From positions 1,568,001 to 1,632,000 of the forward strand of contig OY759974.1 in NCBI GenBank assembly GCA_963662945.1: a stretch of 64,000 nucleotides of DNA. Direction: 5' to 3'. The notes beneath the pieces were generated by a model. It was given only the letters and a program-made list of their open reading frames with translations. It was not told the origin of the DNA and did no database searches. This document shows, one piece after another, positions 11,712 through 21,837 of the stretch (its first letter is position 1; each line of letters opens with the position of its first letter). The translations under genes were made by a program, and so were the position numbers. The stretch is from Arcobacteraceae bacterium (GTDB lineage: Bacteria > Campylobacterota > Campylobacteria > Campylobacterales > Arcobacteraceae).

Positions 11712-13106
11712 TTGCAAAAAGTTTTTGATGAAGTAAACTCTTTAGATCAACGATGTTATGACCAATATCTCTTAAGTGAAGATATTCTTATGGAACATGC
11801 TGCAACTGCTATGATGGATTTTATAATAAAAAATTTTGAACAAAATAGTAAAGTTTTAATAGTATGTGGAAGTGGAAATAATGGAGCAGATGGGATAACT
11901 CTTGCACGCCTTTTATATGGTAGTTTTGATGTGAGCTTATATCTTGCTAAACAACCCAAAACAGATATTGGGAAACTACAGTTAGAACGAGCTTTAAGAG
12001 TTGGTATCAAACCTACAAGTGAACTTTTATTTGATGATTATGATGTTATAGTTGATGCACTTTTTGGTAGTGGTTTTGACAAAGAGATAGATCAAGAATA
12101 CTATCATTTAATTATGAAACTTAATAATTTTGTAGGATATAAAATTGCTTGTGATATACCAAGTGGAATTAACAATAAAGGACAAGTAAATCAAATTGCA
12201 TTTAAAGCGCATAAAACAATTACGATGGGAGCTTTGAAAAAATCACTTTTCTTAGATGAAGCAAAAGATTATATTGGAGAAATTACTGTAGCTAATTTGG
12301 GAATAATGAGAGAACTATATGAGAATAATTCAGATATATGTATATTAGATATTGATGATTTATGCTTACCAATAAGAGATAATAAAAATACCCATAAGGG
12401 AAATTTTGGTCATCTTGCTGTAATAGTTGGACAAATGCAAGGTGCTGGAATATTGTGTGCAGATGCTGCATTTAATTTTGGTGTGGGACTTGTGAGTATA
12501 ATTAACCATAAAGAATATCAACTTCCATATCATATTATGCAAACTCATAAACTACCTAATAATACTACTGCCATAGCTCTTGGTATGGGACTTGGGAATT
12601 ATGAAAAAAATGAAATTCTAGAGATACTTAATAATCATTTACCAAAAATTATTGATGCAGATATGTTCTATGAACAAGATATAAAAATTGCATTAAATAA
12701 AGAAAATATTGTACTTACTCCTCATCCAAAAGAGTTCTGTGCTTTATTAAAAATTGTAAAAATTGCTGATATTGATGTAGAAATTTTACAAAAAAATAGA
12801 TTTGAATATGTACAAAAGTTTTGTTTACAATATCCAAAAGTAGTATTACTTTTAAAAGGTGCAAATACACTTATAGGGCAAGACACAAAAATCTTTATAA
12901 ATCCAAATGGAAGTAATAAATTGAGTTTTGGAGGAAGTGGAGATGTTTTAAGTGGTTTTATTGGTTCTTTACTTGCACAAGGATATAAAAATATAGATGC
13001 AGCGATTCATGGAAGTTTAGCACATGCAAAAGCAGCGCAAGTGTATAGTAAAAATAATTATTCAATGACACCAGATGATTTAATAGAAGCTGTGAAATCA
13101 CTATGA
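11712..13106 (+). CDS. nnr: Bifunctional NAD(P)H-hydrate epimerase/dehydratase
   Basis: GSGNNGADG, DALFGSG, DIPSG, TPHPKE, GGSGDVL. Confidence 0.93.
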   Translation: MQKVFDEVNSLDQRCYDQYLLSEDILMEHAATAMMDFIIKNFEQNSKVLIVCGSGNNGADGITLARLLYGSFDVSLYLAKQPKTDIGKLQLERALRVGIKPTSELLFDDYDVIVDALFGSGFDKEIDQEYYHLIMKLNNFVGYKIACDIPSGINNKGQVNQIAFKAHKTITMGALKKSLFLDEAKDYIGEITVANLGIMRELYENNSDICILDIDDLCLPIRDNKNTHKGNFGHLAVIVGQMQGAGILCADAAFNFGVGLVSIINHKEYQLPYHIMQTHKLPNNTTAIALGMGLGNYEKNEILEILNNHLPKIIDADMFYEQDIKIALNKENIVLTPHPKEFCALLKIVKIADIDVEILQKNRFEYVQKFCLQYPKVVLLLKGANTLIGQDTKIFINPNGSNKLSFGGSGDVLSGFIGSLLAQGYKNIDAAIHGSLAHAKAAQVYSKNNYSMTPDDLIEAVKSL

Positions 13107-13414
13107 AACTTTTAATTATTAAAACAACTTTTGATAATAAAAAAGAGGCTAAAAATTTAGCAAAAATATTAGTTAAAGAAAAATTAGCGGCATGTATTCA
13201 AGTTAGTAAAATTGATTCAATTTATATTTGGGAGAATAAAATTTGTGAAGATAAGGAATATTTACTCTCAATAAAAACTAAAAAAGAAAATTATAAAAAG
13301 ATTCAAAGGAAAATTAAAGAGAATCATAGCTATGATTTGCCCCAAATTATAGCCATAAAAATCAAAAAAACAAGTAGTGAATATAAGAATTATATAAAGG
13401 AAAATACAATATGA
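13103..13414 (+). CDS. cutA: Divalent-cation tolerance protein CutA
   Basis: [19 protein letters not shown]. Confidence 0.92.
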   Translation: MKLLIIKTTFDNKKEAKNLAKILVKEKLAACIQVSKIDSIYIWENKICEDKEYLLSIKTKKENYKKIQRKIKENHSYDLPQIIAIKIKKTSSEYKNYIKENTI

Positions 13415-14193
13415 ATGATCAAATACTTAGAATAGGAAAATATGAATTTAATAGTAGATTAATAGTTGGGAGTGGAAAATATAAAGATTTTCAAACAACT
13501 AAAGAAGCAACTATTGCAAGTGGAAGTGAACTTATTACTGTAGCAATAAGAAGAGTAAATATCACTAACCCAAATGAGGAAAATTTATTAGACTATTTTA
13601 AAGATACAAATATCAAGTTATTACCAAATAGTGCAGGGTGTTTTACAGCGGAAGAGGCTATTACAACATTTAGGCTTATGAGAGAAGCTACAGGGATTGA
13701 TATTATTAAACTTGAAGTTATAGGAGATGCACAAAAAACATTGTATCCAGATGTAATAGAAACTATAAAAGCTTGTGAAGTGTTGAAAAAAGATGGATTT
13801 ACTATTATGGCATACACAAGTGATGATCCAATTATTGCAAAAAGACTTGAAGATGCTGGTGCAGATGCTATTATGCCTCTTGCTGCTCCTATTGGAAGTG
13901 GTTTGGGTATTCAAAATCCATATAATATAGCATTTATAAAAGATGCTGTAAAAGTACCAGTTATTGTTGATGCAGGTTTAGGGTGTGCTAGTGATGCGGC
14001 ATCTGCTATGGAACTTGGTGCAGAGGGAATTTTAGCAAACACTGCAATTGCTCAGGCACAAAATCCAATGATGATGGCAGAAGCTTTTAAACACGCTGTA
14101 ATTGCTGGTAGAATGAGCTATAAAGCGGGAAGAATACCGAAAAAACCTTATGCAACAGCTTCTTCTCCAATAGATGGTTTAATACAGTTTTAA
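13411..14193 (+). CDS. thiG: Thiazole synthase
   Basis: [26 protein letters not shown]. Confidence 0.97.
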   Translation: MNDQILRIGKYEFNSRLIVGSGKYKDFQTTKEATIASGSELITVAIRRVNITNPNEENLLDYFKDTNIKLLPNSAGCFTAEEAITTFRLMREATGIDIIKLEVIGDAQKTLYPDVIETIKACEVLKKDGFTIMAYTSDDPIIAKRLEDAGADAIMPLAAPIGSGLGIQNPYNIAFIKDAVKVPVIVDAGLGCASDAASAMELGAEGILANTAIAQAQNPMMMAEAFKHAVIAGRMSYKAGRIPKKPYATASSPIDGLIQF

Positions 14194-14233
14194 AGGCTTT
14201 TTGAAGAAATTTTAAAATTTGTTCAAAATACTC

Positions 14234-14262
14234 TTGACATTCCAAGAATTTTTTTATATAAT
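14234..14262 (+). promoter_or_regulatory. Sigma70 promoter of the tRNA operon
   Basis: TTGACA (14234-14239), 17-bp spacer, TATAAT (14257-14262): full consensus. Confidence 0.9.
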
Positions 14263-14298
14263 TCCACTCCATTTTAAGAAGATATTCTTAAAAATGTA

Positions 14299-14376
14299 CG
14301 GAGTGTAGCGCAGTCTGGTTAGCGCACCTGGTTTGGGACCAGGGGGCCGGAGGTTCGAATCCTCTCACTCCGACCA
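14299..14376 (+). tRNA. tRNA-Pro(TGG)
   Basis: Cloverleaf, anticodon arm CCTGG-TTTGGGA-CCAGG, GGTTCGAAT T-loop, CCA end. Confidence 0.97.
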
Positions 14377-14422
14377 TGTGTTATTTAAAACTTTATAATA
14401 AACTTTAAACTATTTTTAGGAT

Positions 14423-14500
14423 GGTGGGTATAGCTCAGTTGGTTAGAGCATCGGGTTGTGGTTCCGAGGGTCGTGGGTTCGAGCCCCATTATCCACCCCA
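14423..14500 (+). tRNA. tRNA-His(GTG)
   Basis: Anticodon loop TTGTGGT, encoded G-1 opposite C discriminator, CCA end. Confidence 0.97.
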
Positions 14501-14523
14501 TATTTAAAAGTTTATTTACAAAT

Positions 14524-14600
<77 letters not shown>

Positions 14601-14628
14601 TTAATTGCTATCAATTAACTACATTTAT

Positions 14629-14713
14629 GCGGATGTGGTGAAATTGGTATACACGCCAGACTTAGGATCTGGTGCCTAACGGTGTGAAGGTTCAAGTCCT
14701 TTCATCCGCACCA
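14629..14713 (+). tRNA. tRNA-Leu(TAG)
   Basis: Anticodon arm CCAGA-CTTAGGA-TCTGG, long variable arm, CCA end. Confidence 0.97.
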
Positions 14714-14734
14714 TCGTGTAGTTAAGTGATAGTA

Positions 14735-14770
14735 ATAAAAAAAGCTCCAAGTAATTGGAGCTTTTTTTAT
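14735..14770. terminator. Bidirectional intrinsic terminator (tRNA operon / MCP)
   Basis: ATAAAAAAAGCTCCAA-GTAA-TTGGAGCTTTTTTTAT perfect hairpin with A and T tracts. Confidence 0.9.
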
Positions 14771-14815
14771 GCCTAAAATATTCTAAAAGTGATATATTAT
14801 ATAGTGTTTATATAT

Positions 14816-16684
14816 TTATATCGTTGCAGAATTTTTCCCAATAAACTCTTTTGAATTTACATCAGCTACTATCTCTTCTGCCATAGTATTTGTTTCTACT
14901 GCTATATCTTTTGTATGTGTGGCTGTAGAGGCATTTTTTTGAGTTTGTCTATCTAGTCCACCTATTGCATCATTTATTTGTTCTATACCTGTTCTTTGCT
15001 CTTTTGAAGAGGCAGAAACATCTTCTATTACAGCAATAGTATTTTGAATATTTTCATTTAAAAAATCATAACCATGAATCATACCATCTGAGATAGATTT
15101 CCCTTCACTAGCTTTTACCATAGCAATATCAACTAAATTTTTAATTTCATGTGCGGCATCTGCACTTCTAGAAGCTAAATTTCTAACCTCTTGTGCAACA
15201 ACAGCAAATCCTTTTCCAGCTTCCCCTGCAGTAGCTGCTTCGACGGCAGCATTAAGTGAAAGTATATTTGTTTGGAATGCTATTTGATCAATAACTGTTA
15301 TGGCATCATTTATAGATGTTACTTGTGAGTTAATATCATCCATTGCAGTTGTAGTCTTATGTGCAAGTTCTTCACCATCTTTCACTGCATTTGTAAGTTC
15401 AGAAGCATAGTTAAGCATTTTTTGAATATTTGAAGAATTACTTATCATCGTACTTGTGATCTCTTCTAATGCTGCTGCTGTTTCCTCTAGTGATGCTGCA
15501 GATTCATTTGAACTAGAATCAAGGACATTTACATTTTCAAGTAGTTTACTAGAATTTTTTTCTAATTTAAGCCCGTTTTCTAAACTATCTAATAACATTT
15601 TAGAGATAACATCTCCTAAATTATTAATACCATCACTTAGTTGTGCTAGTTCAGCAGTTATTTCTCCCTTTTCAACTTTTTGAGTATAATTTTGATGTGC
15701 ATAGCTATCTAATACAGTAAGTATTTTTGATATATTTGTATCTATAGCATCAATCATGTGATTCATAACATCTTTTAATTTATTAAGTTCTTGATTATTT
15801 GAGTTTTTTGTAATTCTTTGTGTGAGTTTTCCACTTGTTATACTATTGGCAATTTGTGTGGTATTTTCAATAAGTTCAAGATCAATTTGTTGATTTTTCT
15901 GAATATTTATAATATTTTCATTTACTAAATGTGCCATTGTACCTATTTCATCGGAGCTGTTTTCATCGAGTAAAACAGTTTTATCAGTTTTTTTATTTAA
16001 ATAATCAAAAAATTCTAATAAACCTTTTTGGAATATTACAATTGGTTTTATAAGCTGATATACTGATATATAATAACTTATTACTATAAAAAGTATTAAA
16101 CATAGTATTGAGACTATGAGTGAAAGTTTCATTTGATTGTTTAATTTTGTTTCACTATCTGTTTGAATTTCATCGTAATATTTTTTTACATTTGCATCTA
16201 GTTTTGCTAAACTTTTTTTGATTTTAAAAAAATAAGGTGAAATATCTATTTGAGCAACAGTTCCAACTAAGTCTAAATCTTCATCCTCATAAGCAGGAAG
16301 TATTTTTTCGATAATTATTTTTTTCATTAATAACCAGTTTTGGTTAATATCTTCTACAAGTTTTTTATTTTCTATAAATATAGTATCATTTAAGTTTTTA
16401 AATTGATTTTCAATTACGATAAATTTCTTTTTCATAGTATCATATGAGCCAACTGGAGCTGCAAAATCACTTCGAACTTCTATCATATTTGAAAAAGTCC
16501 ATTTGATATTTTCATCTAATTGTTTTATTTTATTTGCAGGTAGTACAGCTTTTGTAATAAAGTTATCTAATGATACTTTACCTTGGTTTGAGCTTACTAT
16601 TGTCATACTAGCTGAAAATAAAATTCCAATTAAGCCTATAATAACTAATAATAACATTTTAAATTTAATTGATAAATTTTTCAT
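14816..16684 (-). CDS. Methyl-accepting chemotaxis protein with periplasmic four-helix-type sensor domain
   Basis: Two TM helices, HAMP-like linkers, [30 protein letters not shown] signalling hairpin. Confidence 0.95.
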   Translation of the reverse strand: MKNLSIKFKMLLLVIIGLIGILFSASMTIVSSNQGKVSLDNFITKAVLPANKIKQLDENIKWTFSNMIEVRSDFAAPVGSYDTMKKKFIVIENQFKNLNDTIFIENKKLVEDINQNWLLMKKIIIEKILPAYEDEDLDLVGTVAQIDISPYFFKIKKSLAKLDANVKKYYDEIQTDSETKLNNQMKLSLIVSILCLILFIVISYYISVYQLIKPIVIFQKGLLEFFDYLNKKTDKTVLLDENSSDEIGTMAHLVNENIINIQKNQQIDLELIENTTQIANSITSGKLTQRITKNSNNQELNKLKDVMNHMIDAIDTNISKILTVLDSYAHQNYTQKVEKGEITAELAQLSDGINNLGDVISKMLLDSLENGLKLEKNSSKLLENVNVLDSSSNESAASLEETAAALEEITSTMISNSSNIQKMLNYASELTNAVKDGEELAHKTTTAMDDINSQVTSINDAITVIDQIAFQTNILSLNAAVEAATAGEAGKGFAVVAQEVRNLASRSADAAHEIKNLVDIAMVKASEGKSISDGMIHGYDFLNENIQNTIAVIEDVSASSKEQRTGIEQINDAIGGLDRQTQKNASTATHTKDIAVETNTMAEEIVADVNSKEFIGKNSATI

Positions 16685-16707
16685 AATCTTCCTATATAAT
16701 GAGTATG

Positions 16708-16735
16708 AAGATAAAGACTATTGAGTCTTTATCTT
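16708..16735 (-). other. 12-bp stem-loop between the rhodanese and MCP genes (no U tract on the coding strand)
   Basis: AAGATAAAGACT-ATTG-AGTCTTTATCTT perfect inverted repeat. Confidence 0.7.
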
Positions 16736-16748
16736 GTGAAGTTTGGAA

Positions 16749-17210
16749 CTATTCTACTGGATTTCCAGCTTTTTTCCATGCAGGTATACCATCTCTCATC
16801 CAATATACATTTGTGTACCCTAGTTTTTTTGTAAGTACAACAGCCGCTTTATATGATTTCCAACATTTTTCACCGTTACAGTATGTAATTAATGCAGTCC
16901 CTTTATCAGCAGGAAGATTTTCTGTTTGAAATTTATCAGCACTTTGATCCCAATCTGCAGATTTATTTTTATTTCCACCTTTTTCATCATAATATGCTCT
17001 TATAGCACCTTTGATTTTACTTTGAGAAACTTCCATTGGTTTTCTTGTATCAAGAAAAGTTGCACCACTATCAAATAGCTTTTTTGCATCTGCAATAGAG
17101 ATGTATTTAGCACCCATAGTAGCACCCTCAGCAGGTTCAGGTGTAGTGGGTTTTGCAGCAAAAGCTAGTCCAACAAATATTACACAAAGTAATAAAATAA
17201 TTTTTTTCAT
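16749..17210 (-). CDS. Exported single-domain rhodanese-like protein
   Basis: Signal peptide (AFA-A), FLDTR, IKGA, loop YCNGEKCWKS, GY..VYWMRDGIPAW. Confidence 0.9.
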   Translation of the reverse strand: MKKIILLLCVIFVGLAFAAKPTTPEPAEGATMGAKYISIADAKKLFDSGATFLDTRKPMEVSQSKIKGAIRAYYDEKGGNKNKSADWDQSADKFQTENLPADKGTALITYCNGEKCWKSYKAAVVLTKKLGYTNVYWMRDGIPAWKKAGNPVE

Positions 17211-17441
17211 TTTTTCTCCTTTTAATAAGATAACAAATTCTATCAGAGTTAATATAATAGTTTAATAAAACTAATAATTAAATATTTTAAGCTATTTATA
17301 AAAAAAATAATCAAAATTAATTTAGATAGAAATATAAAATTAACAAATTGCCATATTTTAAAGTTAAAATTTTTTTTTGTGTTACTATTCTATTTACGAT
17401 TGTTTATAGATAATCAGTCAAATAAAATGGAGATAAAATTA

Positions 17442-17564
17442 ATGACAGAATTAATATTGTTTAGTATAGTTATAAGTATTATATTTTTTGGATATGAATA
17501 CTTAAAAGATAGGTTTTTAGAAAAAAATAAAACACCATTTCATAATAGATTAAAAATCAAATAA
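17442..17564 (+). CDS. Putative small single-TM membrane protein (~40 aa)
   Basis: GGAG SD before ATG 17442; hydrophobic N-terminus then basic tail. Confidence 0.4.
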   Translation: MTELILFSIVISIIFFGYEYLKDRFLEKNKTPFHNRLKIK

Positions 17565-17604
17565 TATAAAAACACTTTAAATAATTTCTTGATATATTTA
17601 TTAA

Positions 17605-18219
17605 TTAGTTTGTAAAATATCTTATGGAAGCAAATCCATAACAATTTGTATTTTTGACTTGTTGAACTTGTGTGTTATCAATAATTCCACCTAATCCTAT
17701 TATTTGGAAATTATCATCTTGATATTTTTCTACTATCACTTTTAAATTTTCACACCCTTTAGGATTGCCTTTATCCTCTTTGTAGAATATTGGGGAGTAA
17801 GTGATAGCATTTACCCCTTTTTGTTTAGCATTTAGGATCTCTTCTTCGTTGTGACAGCTAATTATTGTATATAGATTGTGTTGTTTTGCGTTGGCTATTT
17901 TATCGAATTGTTGCGAGGTGAGATGTACACCATCCAATTTCATATCTATAGCTTTTTTAATATCACTATTAATTAGTATTTTATCTATTTGAAATTGTTG
18001 TGCTATTTTTTGAAAGCATTTTACTAATTCAAAAGTATTGGGTGTCTCTTTATCTCTAAAACATACCATATCAACTTTTTGTTTAGAAAGTATTCTTGTA
18101 AAATTTTGTTCAAATTGTTTAGGGGTATTTCCATAAAATGATGGATCTGTAATCAGATAAGAGATAAAAAAAGGAGGCTTAATAGAAGCCTCCTTTTTTA
18201 ATTTTGTTTCTATAAACAT
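17605..18219 (-). CDS. Thiamine-phosphate synthase/TenI-family protein
   Basis: YLITD, FRDK, DGVHL, SCH, YSPIF, GLGGI motifs; start uncertain. Confidence 0.82.
   Translation of the reverse strand: MFIETKLKKEASIKPPFFISYLITDPSFYGNTPKQFEQNFTRILSKQKVDMVCFRDKETPNTFELVKCFQKIAQQFQIDKILINSDIKKAIDMKLDGVHLTSQQFDKIANAKQHNLYTIISCHNEEEILNAKQKGVNAITYSPIFYKEDKGNPKGCENLKVIVEKYQDDNFQIIGLGGIIDNTQVQQVKNTNCYGFASIRYFTN
18166..18199 (-). terminator. Intrinsic terminator of atpB, overlapping the 5' end of the downstream ORF
   Basis: Minus strand AAAAAAGGAGGCTT-CTATT-AAGCCTCCTTTTTTT. Confidence 0.8.
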
Positions 18220-18228
18220 AGATAAATA

Positions 18229-18915
18229 TTAGTGATCTTCCTCAGCCATCATAACTGAACCAGAAATATATACATAAGTAAGCATCATAAAAATAAATGA
18301 TTGTAATATACCAAATGCAAATAAGAAGAAAAATCCTGGTAGTGGTGCAATCCAAGGTACAAGCATAAGAAGTACCATTAAGAACATATCGTCACCTTTG
18401 ATTGAACCAAAAAGCCGGAATGATAAAGAAACTATTCTTGACACATGAGAAATAACTTCAATTGGGAACATTAAAGGAGCAAGTGCAGGAACAGGTCCCA
18501 TCATATGTCCTAGATATTTTCCAGCACCATTTTCTTTAAATCCTAAGTAGTTGTAGTATAAAAATACTAAAATTGCTAAAGATAAAGTAAAATTGATATT
18601 TCCTGTTACTGATTCAAAACCAGGAACAATTCCCATCATATTTGCTACAAATATAACTAAACCAAGAGTTGCTATAAGTGGCATAAACTTTTTAGCGTTC
18701 TCTTCACCCATTGAGTCTTTACCCATTGCTACTACACCTTTTAAGTAAGCCTCAATAATATTTTGTGTACCTGTTGGCACAAGTTGCATTTTACTAACAG
18801 CAGCTCTTGCTATTAAAAACACAATAATAACTGTCAATAGTAAGTGAGCACCGATAATCTCTACTTGACCGTGACCTACAAGTTCACCCAAGAATGTAAA
18901 TAATCTACCTTCCAT
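18229..18915 (-). CDS. atpB: F0F1 ATP synthase subunit a
   Basis: Polytopic membrane protein; PIE.IS..SR..SLSFRLFG, ILQSFIF..LT..Y. Confidence 0.96.
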   Translation of the reverse strand: MEGRLFTFLGELVGHGQVEIIGAHLLLTVIIVFLIARAAVSKMQLVPTGTQNIIEAYLKGVVAMGKDSMGEENAKKFMPLIATLGLVIFVANMMGIVPGFESVTGNINFTLSLAILVFLYYNYLGFKENGAGKYLGHMMGPVPALAPLMFPIEVISHVSRIVSLSFRLFGSIKGDDMFLMVLLMLVPWIAPLPGFFFLFAFGILQSFIFMMLTYVYISGSVMMAEEDH

Positions 18916-19088
18916 ACATCTATTCCTTTTGTTTATCTCTATTGCTTAGAGAATTTAATTTGGCAATTATATTAAAATATTTATAAATTTTTTATAAAAC
19001 CACCTTATCAATTTTAAAATATATTGTTATTATTTTATAAAAATAATTAGTATGATATAATCTTCTAAAATAAAATGATGGAAAAAAA

Positions 19089-19772
19089 ATGATTATAAAA
19101 AATGGTGCAATTTTTATAGCGGATGCACATTATAATAAAATTAGAGAAGAACTTATAGATTTTTTAAAACAAATCAAAGATGGAGAAGTTGTTTGTACAC
19201 AACTATTTTTGATGGGAGATATTTTTGATTTTTTATGTGATGAAGTTGATTATTTTCAGGAAATCAATTATAAATTAATTGATCTTATAGATGAAATATC
19301 ACGTCATACAGAAACAATATATTTTGAAGGAAACCATGATTATAGTTTGGAAGATACTTTTCCAAAAGTAAATGTTATTTCAAGAAAAGAACAGCCTGTT
19401 TATATAAATATGAATAATAAAAAAATTGCCTTAGCTCATGGGGATATTTTTACACCAAAAGGTTATGACATATACTGTATGATTATTAGAAATCCCTATT
19501 TATTAAATTTTTTAAATCTAATTAATATAAATAATTGGTTATCTCAAATAATTTACAATGCTTTAGAAAAAAAATATCTTTGTACTAAACAAGTGAATTT
19601 TGAAGAATTTGTAAAAAATAGAATTGAAAGTTACGGAAATGTTGATTTAGTAATTGAAGGACATTATCATCAAAATTATTTAAGTGATAAGTATATAAAT
19701 CTTCCTTCATTTGCATGTGATAAACAATATATACAATATATTGATGATGAGTTTAAATTATTTAAGGTATAA
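19089..19772 (+). CDS. lpxH: UDP-2,3-diacylglucosamine diphosphatase
   Basis: Metallophosphoesterase motifs DAH, GDIFD, GNHD, HGD, GHYH. Confidence 0.8.
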   Translation: MIIKNGAIFIADAHYNKIREELIDFLKQIKDGEVVCTQLFLMGDIFDFLCDEVDYFQEINYKLIDLIDEISRHTETIYFEGNHDYSLEDTFPKVNVISRKEQPVYINMNNKKIALAHGDIFTPKGYDIYCMIIRNPYLLNFLNLININNWLSQIIYNALEKKYLCTKQVNFEEFVKNRIESYGNVDLVIEGHYHQNYLSDKYINLPSFACDKQYIQYIDDEFKLFKV

Positions 19773-19773
19773 T
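19768..19773 (+). promoter_or_regulatory. -10 box 7 nt upstream of the prfB ATG (candidate leaderless promoter)
   Basis: TATAAT-ATCTCTT-ATG. Confidence 0.55.
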
Positions 19774-19780
19774 ATCTCTT

Positions 19781-20875
19781 ATGGATAATTATGAATATAC
19801 ACAACTTTTAAAAATATTAAATCAAAAAATAAAAAATATTGAGTCGATATTAAAACCAACTATGATAGAAAAAAGACTTCAGGAAATTACTGCTTTAGAG
19901 CAAGAACCAGAGTTTTGGAGTAATCAGGAAAATGCAGCAAAAATTGCTCAAGAGAAGAATAGGCTTTTAAGTAAATTGTCAAAATTTAATAAAGCTAATT
20001 CAGCAATTACAGATGCTAATGAATTATATGAGATGGCAGTTGAAGAGAAAGATGAAGATACTCTAAATACATTATTTGAAGAATCAGATGTATTAGAGGA
20101 AATTGTACAAAAAACAGAAATAGAAGTAATGTTAAGTAATCCAGAAGATGGTAATAATGCAATTATTTCGATTCATCCAGGTGCCGGTGGAACTGAGTCT
20201 TGTGATTGGGCAAGTATGTTATATCGTATGTATTTAAGATGGGCAGAGCGAAAAGGATTTAAAGTTGAAATTTTGGATCATCAAGCGGGAGAAGAAGCTG
20301 GTATCAAAGATGCCAGTTTTATTATCTCTGGTGTTAATGCCTATGGTTACCTAAAAACAGAAAATGGTATCCATCGACTTGTAAGAATTAGCCCTTTTGA
20401 TAGTAATGCAAAAAGACATACCTCTTTTGCTTCAGTTATGGTAAGTCCAGAGGTTGATGATAATATTGATATAGAGATTGAAGATAAAGATATTAGAATA
20501 GATACATATAGAGCTTCTGGAGCTGGTGGACAACATGTTAATAAAACAGAATCAGCAATTAGAATTACACATATTGCAACAAATATTGTTGTACAATGTC
20601 AAAATGATAGAAGTCAGCATAAAAATAAAGCAAGTGCTATGAAAATGTTAAAATCAAGACTTTATGAATTAGAATTAGAGAAACAAGCTGCAGAAAAAAA
20701 GGGTATTTCAAAAAGTGAAATTGGTTGGGGACATCAAATTAGAAGTTATGTTATGCAACCTTATCAACAAATTAAAGACACGAGAAGTAATATAGGATAT
20801 AGTAATGTGGAAGCTATACTTGATGGTGATTTAGATAAAATGATAGAAGATGTTCTCATCGCGCAAAGTCAATAA
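19781..20875 (+). CDS. prfB: Peptide chain release factor 2 (continuous ORF, no programmed frameshift)
   Basis: SPF anticodon-mimic motif and GGQ motif. Confidence 0.98.
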   Translation: MDNYEYTQLLKILNQKIKNIESILKPTMIEKRLQEITALEQEPEFWSNQENAAKIAQEKNRLLSKLSKFNKANSAITDANELYEMAVEEKDEDTLNTLFEESDVLEEIVQKTEIEVMLSNPEDGNNAIISIHPGAGGTESCDWASMLYRMYLRWAERKGFKVEILDHQAGEEAGIKDASFIISGVNAYGYLKTENGIHRLVRISPFDSNAKRHTSFASVMVSPEVDDNIDIEIEDKDIRIDTYRASGAGGQHVNKTESAIRITHIATNIVVQCQNDRSQHKNKASAMKMLKSRLYELELEKQAAEKKGISKSEIGWGHQIRSYVMQPYQQIKDTRSNIGYSNVEAILDGDLDKMIEDVLIAQSQ

Positions 20876-20885
20876 AAGAGATAAT

Positions 20886-21827
20886 ATGAAAAAGATATTA
20901 AGTGTAGATGCCAATTTATTATATAGTAAAATTTTAAAGCAAGATATTGAAGACTATTTTACTTCTATAGGTGAAACGATAGAGTTTTATGTTAGTCAAA
21001 CTCCACAACAGACACTTGATATTGTTAATGCACACGAAATAGATATTATTTTTTTAGATATTTCATCAAAGCAATTTGATGGGATTAAACTGCTTAAATA
21101 TATTAAACAACAGCCTGTCAGACAATCTAAAATTGTAGGTGTAATGGATTTGTATGATCATACCTACAGATTTGAGGCTTTAAAACAAAAAGTATATAGG
21201 TATATCTATAAACCTTATGATAATCAAGAAATTCACGCGGTATTATCGAAATTTTTTAAGAAGAATTATTACAATAAAGAGATTAATCGAACAGAAAAAT
21301 TTATTAATATAGAAGATATTGAATCTCAAGAGAATACATTTACAACGGAAGTTGATCAAATGGAATATGAACAGGAGTTAGTTCAGACTTATATTTCAGT
21401 ACATCAAAAAACTGATGCTAAAAGCTTTTTGGAAAGTTATGAAGATTGGGCATATAGTTTAGATGATTTAGATGATTTGGAATTAGCACTTGATAGATTG
21501 ATGATGAATCTTATTATGGAAAATGATTTTGAGACAACTATGCCAGATATTATTAATATTCTAGAAACATATAATAAGTTTTTATATTTATTTTTAGAAT
21601 TTGATGAATTAAGTAAAGTTGTATATTCAATTGTTATGCTTCTAAGAGGAATAGATTATACTAATATACCGAGTCAAACAATGGTTTCAAAACTCTTAAT
21701 GACAACTATTCAAGACCTTGTTGAGTGGAAAGAGAAAGTTTTTGTGGCACAAACAACGGAAGATGTTTATTATATAAATGATCCAATACTGAATAGTTAT
21801 GTACAGTTACAAGATCTGCTTTCATAA
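20886..21827 (+). CDS. Response regulator with unrecognised acidic helical C-terminal domain
   Basis: Receiver domain (FLDI, DGI.LL, YIYKP); start reassigned to ATG 20886 (MKKIL). Confidence 0.75.
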   Translation: MKKILSVDANLLYSKILKQDIEDYFTSIGETIEFYVSQTPQQTLDIVNAHEIDIIFLDISSKQFDGIKLLKYIKQQPVRQSKIVGVMDLYDHTYRFEALKQKVYRYIYKPYDNQEIHAVLSKFFKKNYYNKEINRTEKFINIEDIESQENTFTTEVDQMEYEQELVQTYISVHQKTDAKSFLESYEDWAYSLDDLDDLELALDRLMMNLIMENDFETTMPDIINILETYNKFLYLFLEFDELSKVVYSIVMLLRGIDYTNIPSQTMVSKLLMTTIQDLVEWKEKVFVAQTTEDVYYINDPILNSYVQLQDLLS

Positions 21828-21837
21828 AGGGTAGAAT

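Noticed and set aside
13411-14193. TPP riboswitch upstream of thiG or the thiE-like gene
   Set aside because: thiG overlaps cutA with no leader, and no TPP aptamer core was recognised at either gene
14629-17600. Genomic island integrated at tRNA-Leu carrying the MCP and rhodanese
   Set aside because: No integrase, no duplicated tRNA 3' end and no obvious compositional shift
18229-18915. Isolated atpB as an anomaly
   Set aside because: Split ATP synthase operons are normal in Campylobacterota
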